Shown in pieces: positions 60,101 through 64,000 of a stretch of 64,000 nucleotides of DNA; position 1 is the first letter of the stretch; every line of letters begins with the position of its first letter. The translations under genes were made by a program, and so were the position numbers. The stretch comes from Candidatus Omnitrophota bacterium (lineage in GTDB: Bacteria > Omnitrophota > Omnitrophia > Omnitrophales > Aquincolibacteriaceae). The notes beneath the pieces were generated by a model that saw only the letters and a program-made list of their open reading frames with translations, searched no databases and was not told where the DNA came from. The stretch covers positions 1 to 64,000 of the forward strand of contig JAZDJU010000123.1 in NCBI GenBank assembly GCA_043803685.1. The letters are read 5' to 3'.

Positions 60101-63100
60101 AGAGCGACTTCGCGCAGGGCGAGCGAAAAACTGTTTAACTCTAACTGTATCGCGGGCCAATCAGGCAGAGACTGAAGACTCTTCAAATACCACCCAGAGG
60201 GACGCGCATAACCAATGTAGTGGCTCAATTCCCCATTTAAGTGGTCCACGAATCCCTGAAAGAATTGTTTTCCGGTCAGATTTAGCAACGCAAGATCGTT
60301 GATCGGAACAACACGACCCAATCCTGGGATTTCAAATAAGAAAAGGCCTTTGATCTCATCCCCGAGTTCTGCCAAACTCATCTTTGAAAGCTTTTCAGCC
60401 TGGGCCTCGTCTTTTTCAGAGATACTCCATATTCGCGGGTCCTGCAGGGGCTCACCTAAGCTGTCCTTACTGGCCCGCTCAAAAACCACGTCGAAACTCT
60501 CGCCACGGCTAACTATTTCCCCACCACCTCGCACTTCAGAACGGCTTGCCCCCATGGCAACCTCCGAAGTGACGGAACGGGAAGGAATGAGATAGGCTTC
60601 TGCCTTATCGGCCGAATCAAGATAGTAGGGCTCCTCGCCCCAGGTTCCCCCGAGCTTTTTCTTCGCAAAGGGCACCTTCCGCCCCCCCAGTTTTCCGATC
60701 ACCACTTGTTCGATAAAATCATCGTTGGAAACATATTTCCCATGCCCCGGTATTCCAAGATAAAGGTCTTTCGCAGAGATCTTCTGCTGAACATACCCCG
60801 CGTAATTGATCGTCTGCTCCCCGATCCAGAACATCAGCGCCTGACTGCGCTCATACGCGGCATGGATCTCCAGATTCTGGATCACGAGACTCCCGTCCTC
60901 GTCCAGATAGAGCCACGCCGCCGCCATCGTCTCGCCCGTCTTGTCATCCACTACTTCCATCACACTCATCCCCTCATCCACCAACCGCTCCACCATCGCG
61001 TGCGGGAATTGCCCCGACCCCATTCCGAGGCAGCAAGTGACCTTATCCCCGATGAATAAGTCCTGACCCGGCTGGCGGCCATAAAGACGAAATTGAAAAT
61101 ACGTGCGCATCGCCAGGATCTTCTGGTTCTCACGATCCAGGAGCCTCAGCTTGAGCGTCACAAGCTTTTCATAAAAATGCGTAGCCGCTTCAAGGGCTTT
61201 TCGGTCTTGAGGCCCTTGAAGTTTTTGGATCATATTTCGAACCGCGCTTAAAAGCGTCCCGGGATTTTCATCAGCTCCCAGAAGTTTTACGTTCGTCAGG
61301 ATCTTCACCGCATCGTTTTTCTTGGGACCTTCCTGACTCACCTGAAACTCGACTTTGCCTTCCTTCTCCGCAACCTTCAATCCTGCTTTTCCAAGGATCC
61401 CGACCCAACCCGCGGACGCGTTGTTTGCCGCCGCGTAAGTTTTTCCCGCGTCTTCCAATACCTGATCCACATCCGCATCCGGACTCCACGCCCGGTCCTG
61501 CCCCTGCCCGGAATAAAGCAACTCTCGCGGCTCGACTTTGGAGTTCTTGCCAAGCCAGGCGTCCATATCGTCCCCGTTTTGCTTCCCCAGGTCCCGGACA
61601 CGCTTATTGTGCAACGCCAATGGCCGTCCAATCGCGTCCGTCTGGTCCGTGTTTTCAATAAAATCCATGAACCGTCCCCCAAAAAAAGAGGTCAGTGTGG
61701 CGCGCATCAGACCGCCTCGCTCCTCGGCTCCTTGTTCCCCAGATTCTATCGTCTTCAGCCCTTTCACAAGCAGATGCGCCCGGTTCCAGTCCAGAAGAGC
61801 ATGCACCTGTTCCGGCAATCCGTTCCCGCTGATTTCGATCCCAAGATCTTGGGCCAGAAACAAGACGAGTTGGCGTTTCAAGTTTTTCGCAAGCGGAGTG
61901 GGTGGCAGGGCTTTCATTCCCGCGAACTGCAACTCTTCTTCCAGCGCTCGTTCGCGGCCCATGGCTCCGAAGATCGAAGCGACGTTCATCAACTCCAAGA
62001 GTCCGGTCACGTCTGGGGAGTACTTTTGACCACTTCGATCCTTCAGGCGTTCCTGATAATTCAGAAGGGCCTTCGCCAACCGTGGATTCTCCAAGACCCC
62101 CTGTTTGTCGGTGATCCATTTCCGGAGCATGTTCGCGCTAAAGATCTTCTGACTACGGATAAGCCCTTCCAAATTCTTCATGGCTCCCGGCACCAGCACT
62201 TCCACTGCCACAGTCATGGAAAGCATCCGTGATATCTCGCCTTCCACAAGCCTTCGATTTAAGGATAACTCGGAATTTCTCTCCGCGAGCACAACCCCGA
62301 GAGAGTCCCTTCCCTGGTCCAGGGCATCAAGCCAGGGTTTATCCTGACCGAATAGAATTTCACCCAATGCGCGATTATCAATCGCATAGGTTAGGTGATA
62401 TTTCCTGACCCACTGCCGCGATCGTTGCAATGCATCCTCCAGATCCCCCTCCGGCATGGATTGCTTCACAAAGGACAATAAACCGGAACTTTCAGCGACC
62501 AGAAGCTTTCCGGCCGCATCTTCTAATCCATTCTCCCTAAGCGTTTGAAACCACTTGTTCGCCATCAAAACTGACGCCGCGTCCTTCTCCATCAATCCGG
62601 ACGATACGGCCGCGATTACAAGCTCACTGGCCTGGCTTTCAAACCCGTTTTTTTTCAGGGTCGCTTGAAAACATTCGTCCACCCTGGCGATCGACGCCTC
62701 ACCCTTCTCCATCAATCCGAACCTTACGGCCTCGACCACAAGCGGACCTGCCCAGTACTCCAACCCATTCTTCTTGAGCGTTTGAAACCATTCGTCGACC
62801 TTCGCGATCGACGCAACGTTCTTCTCCAGCAACCCGGACTTTACGGCCTCGACCACAAGCTCACCGGACAGTTTCCCCAATCCCTTCTCCATGAGCACCT
62901 TAAACCATTCATCAACTTTGCCAATCGACGCCACGCCGCGTCCCATCACCCCGGACTTTACAGCTTCGATCGCAAGGTGACCGGCTAAGTCAGCACGCCC
63001 CATCGTTATGTGCATTTGAAACCATTGGTCCAATTCGGCGAGCGATGCCTTGCTTTCCTCCATCAATCCGGACTTGACGGCCTCGAGCAAAAGCAGACCG

Positions 63101-64000
63101 GCCACATCCCACCTCTGCGCATCCTTGAGCAACTGGAGACATTCGTTCAGCCGGGTGATCGCTACGCTCTCCTCCATCAACCCGGATTTTACGGCCGCAA
63201 TCACAAGCAGACCGGCAAAGTCCACCCACCTTGCCTCTTTTAGCGCGTAAAACCATTCGTCCACTTTGGCGATCGAAGCCGCGTTCTTCTCCACCAGTCC
63301 GGACCTTAGGAACGCAATCATAAGCTCACCGGCCGAATACCTTCTCGCACTCTTTATTAACACGTAAAAATGTTTGTCCAACCAAGTGATCGCTGCGCTC
63401 TTCTCCATCAACCCGGCCTCAGTGGCCGCGAGCACAAGCTGACCGGCCCATTCTTCCAACCTCACTCTCATTAGCGCTTGAACCCATTCGTTCACCTTGG
63501 CGATCGACACGGGGTTCGTCTCAATAAACCCGGCCTTTACGATCCCGGTCACAAAGTCCCCCGAAAAATACGACCGAGGCTCAGCAACGAGCACGCGGAA
63601 CAACTCATCCACCTTAGCGATCGACGCCGAATTCTTCTTCATCAATCCGGACTTGATTGCCTCGAGCATCACCTGCCCGGCCTGTCCCGCTTTGTTGTCG
63701 TCAGTAAGCAATCGTTCAATCAAGGTCATGACCTGTTCCCTTTTCATGATCAGTTGCTTGGCTTCCGTGCGAACAGCGTCAGGGAACAACGCCACCAGTT
63801 GCTTCCCGTCCTCCACATCCGGCAAAGAATCTCCATCAGCTCGCATTTCAGAACGTTGATCTTCGGACCTGGTTGAAGAGTCAGGACTCGAGCCCACTTC
63901 CGGGGGGCGGGGTTCTTTGCCGCGGGGCGGAACAGCGGCCTTCCCAAACAGCGATTTCCACACCCCGATTCTCACACCAACAAGAAAGAGCCCTAAGGCT
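54196..64000 (-). CDS. giant modular protein, 5'-truncated by the window (>3260 aa): helical repeats, seven GNAT-like modules and an M23 peptidase, separated by RSExR motifs
   Basis: The frame stays open beyond the ORF-track GTG at 63975 (upstream ALGLFLVG, TM-like). HDGID..HLHLE M23 motifs; repeated RGxG..LLD.FL units. Confidence 0.92.
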   Translation of the reverse strand, partial: ALGLFLVGVRIGVWKSLFGKAAVPPRGKEPRPPEVGSSPDSSTRSEDQRSEMRADGDSLPDVEDGKQLVALFPDAVRTEAKQLIMKREQVMTLIERLLTDDNKAGQAGQVMLEAIKSGLMKKNSASIAKVDELFRVLVAEPRSYFSGDFVTGIVKAGFIETNPVSIAKVNEWVQALMRVRLEEWAGQLVLAATEAGLMEKSAAITWLDKHFYVLIKSARRYSAGELMIAFLRSGLVEKNAASIAKVDEWFYALKEARWVDFAGLLVIAAVKSGLMEESVAITRLNECLQLLKDAQRWDVAGLLLLEAVKSGLMEESKASLAELDQWFQMHITMGRADLAGHLAIEAVKSGVMGRGVASIGKVDEWFKVLMEKGLGKLSGELVVEAVKSGLLEKNVASIAKVDEWFQTLKKNGLEYWAGPLVVEAVRFGLMEKGEASIARVDECFQATLKKNGFESQASELVIAAVSSGLMEKDAASVLMANKWFQTLRENGLEDAAGKLLVAESSGLLSFVKQSMPEGDLEDALQRSRQWVRKYHLTYAIDNRALGEILFGQDKPWLDALDQGRDSLGVVLAERNSELSLNRRLVEGEISRMLSMTVAVEVLVPGAMKNLEGLIRSQKIFSANMLRKWITDKQGVLENPRLAKALLNYQERLKDRSGQKYSPDVTGLLELMNVASIFGAMGRERALEEELQFAGMKALPPTPLAKNLKRQLVLFLAQDLGIEISGNGLPEQVHALLDWNRAHLLVKGLKTIESGEQGAEERGGLMRATLTSFFGGRFMDFIENTDQTDAIGRPLALHNKRVRDLGKQNGDDMDAWLGKNSKVEPRELLYSGQGQDRAWSPDADVDQVLEDAGKTYAAANNASAGWVGILGKAGLKVAEKEGKVEFQVSQEGPKKNDAVKILTNVKLLGADENPGTLLSAVRNMIQKLQGPQDRKALEAATHFYEKLVTLKLRLLDRENQKILAMRTYFQFRLYGRQPGQDLFIGDKVTCCLGMGSGQFPHAMVERLVDEGMSVMEVVDDKTGETMAAAWLYLDEDGSLVIQNLEIHAAYERSQALMFWIGEQTINYAGYVQQKISAKDLYLGIPGHGKYVSNDDFIEQVVIGKLGGRKVPFAKKKLGGTWGEEPYYLDSADKAEAYLIPSRSVTSEVAMGASRSEVRGGGEIVSRGESFDVVFERASKDSLGEPLQDPRIWSISEKDEAQAEKLSKMSLAELGDEIKGLFLFEIPGLGRVVPINDLALLNLTGKQFFQGFVDHLNGELSHYIGYARPSGWYLKSLQSLPDWPAIQLELNSFSLALREVALRWSEKKSAEGRPVPSAKPSPKKAGVRIEIPEGVPAIAEHALVGEVFNANQLGLDAGLLAKRLYELSSRCYIQEGQKVPSVLEWLDILEDPESVFILRDLSGEIVGAAVRGSKFTLKGEEGVWLDRLMSVNDNVQGKGTFLLDVFLSQMSRLGVTIFRWNVSRFSENFYLNEEKGYLKPRQDAGMLERLKHDPSRSVTPEADVEIKLLADPLAPEFDDLRKFVGSKRSEVRYEIPEGVKAIAPDIGVGEVVDARDVLKADPTQLEPLAKFLDAFEVKHFSWEKTEDGVREWKETLGDSLQHVQLLVRAGDVVGVALSISPLPHVGGAQLVQIISVEDGMKGKGTYLLDVFLSEMFKRDLKKIEWHSLSDAKDFYDHFLNARSSKGILQFKLDGDSYKITLLKNPLDPEFDDLRKFVGTKRSEARFEIPEGFRVIVPDIGVGEVLDVKDFHGGDPGQEEIETLAKGLYEMEWELLRSLAQTWQTDIAFWKSKLGDPEQYIYVLRDRSGNLVGAVSGHFRPLEGNTIGLDRLMSFDDGVRGRGTLLLDAFLDRMYGGLETEFEWTASSGSEAFYDKFLADREARGILTFEKDGFKYKVRLFKSPLASEFDDLRDFVGYKRSEMRNFQPLRQNDVDPLGVEREAYLRHVRMGSLPDSLKPLSHSFEWPVDMSVATRHIANFFGTTNWPTTDRDEKHDGIDLQAEPGTSVYPVEDGFVVYVQRFDGRGDSAAASFADVWVYSPASDLLWQYVHLQRDSIPEHILKHTWFDSKSDLGVKKGERLGRVNAWHKKEAVRREYPLSPKVEKQYGRTYDHLHLEVHKVNGELYTGFGVRDLQAIDPLLLLRPLYPLPEFPRMVTTGRRPVRYVEGRSEVRLQLPKGVRVVAKAEGFGEVVNARDWLALAPDQLKPLEKELQDSRKDFFFFVNDHGDISAVAEVDLEGGKKASLGRLASLDDGIRGKGRMVLGAFFSEMFKKGIMGILWRDTSDGNFYESVLKPLQENGILTYTGTAGSVYNVTLLKDPLAPEFAPLYALRRHDTKFDLPSNVPVVAEYPLGKIVDAREWLKLAPDQLKPLASRLYYLDRPSFVLGKWEMDTGFWEAMLEDPDQAMWVFVDKNGEISGAAVPRGPVLKGKKEMWLDSLLSLDNGTLAPFMELFLNLMSKEGVERIGWYSSDDRELDILNARQEKGLLTFKHEGRSYEVNLLKNPLGESGGTQRSEARFEIPKEAVIAEYPGLGKTVDAKRFDPSKFEQLARRIREVETESYISKMDVEEFERSVRELEASLRDPSHYVYVLFDPSEDIAGVVRGYLEGETVRLARLMSSPDKVRGRGSFLLDTFLSEMSKKQKMLISWNFTGLSEGFYTDEEKGFLNPRQEMEVLKIISSARKGLEDPRPDIEIKLLANPLDSKFVGLRKFWGAQRSEAGLGPVAVGIPQSPATSTPERAEARSEAIISEHEILGTVVNARKSLEENPDQLKSLAARLFNLELSRGFSDDSNAEGRSRWEKTLQDQNTLVYVLMKPKPLGAIGGVVVANIALAKVTLLISARDKIRGNGTITFDAALSDMFMKDMKQISLSFPADARRFYVEFLEPRVEAGMLTVKPSIHELKNNPNIHKFAIDILDDPLDPKFEHLRDFFGSRRSEVRIDQNPLEVLTGTPAVQITQMTQDSNPDAVQALLLRQGQAGIDSEKTKFGDQETALMAQLQGYKDVAALTEFVSTGLTQLLVKLFEPYGMTDAIAAEISMKALIGGAEASPALMKSGDVRRSEVRKIDIKKTQGFTSFIDDLISKMPGSGVSMIVEQGPDSNLELDALRKMEKIPRLVVLYDKNNPVGRGWDDVSNVVMKIRISERKPANVLVRDVVKASESEPFMAFFTRELGVEPHGILSILADFKSKDNPELKKLVCAAVALINRIYAAASPMDQELMKVDPSMLISKLKEKGIDLLALSAKNGVLTMDMEMLTQEFAASRAVEKAA

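Noticed and set aside
63973..63975. GTG at 63975 as the start of the giant gene
   Set aside because: The frame is open to the window edge and there is no RBS, so the true start is probably upstream.

Overview
Bacterial chromosomal segment from an anaerobe. The lineage is probably Candidatus Omnitrophota (PVC group), inferred only from gene content and the giant protein. 0-13 kb: tRNA-Val(GAC) and a mostly minus-strand housekeeping run (rdgB, rph, queE, queC, murI, aminotransferase, stand-alone lipoyl-like domain, lipA, nnrE, a coiled-coil protein, dusB, HAD hydrolase, orn). 13-39 kb: cell-surface glycan and modification region (three GT-C/ArnT-like transferases including a tandem duplicate pair, a flippase, ATP-grasp, DegT aminotransferase, KamA-like and three other radical SAM enzymes, CapK-like ligase, two GT2s, TPR proteins) with miaB embedded. 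39-54 kb: two nuclease-like genes, class III RNR whose glycyl-radical motif is on a separate 57-aa gene, acetate-CoA ligase, PFOR, a Na+/H+ antiporter and a RelE-type toxin-antitoxin pair. 54.2-64 kb: the 3' part (>3260 aa, open at the window edge) of a giant modular protein. A recurring R-S-E-[VAM]-R motif sits at its domain boundaries, separating helical repeats, seven GNAT-like modules and an M23 peptidase. This is the best candidate for an undescribed system. At least three families of small palindromic repeats fill intergenic gaps, and some sit in-frame inside genes. All family assignments come from motif recognition by eye; no database search was run.
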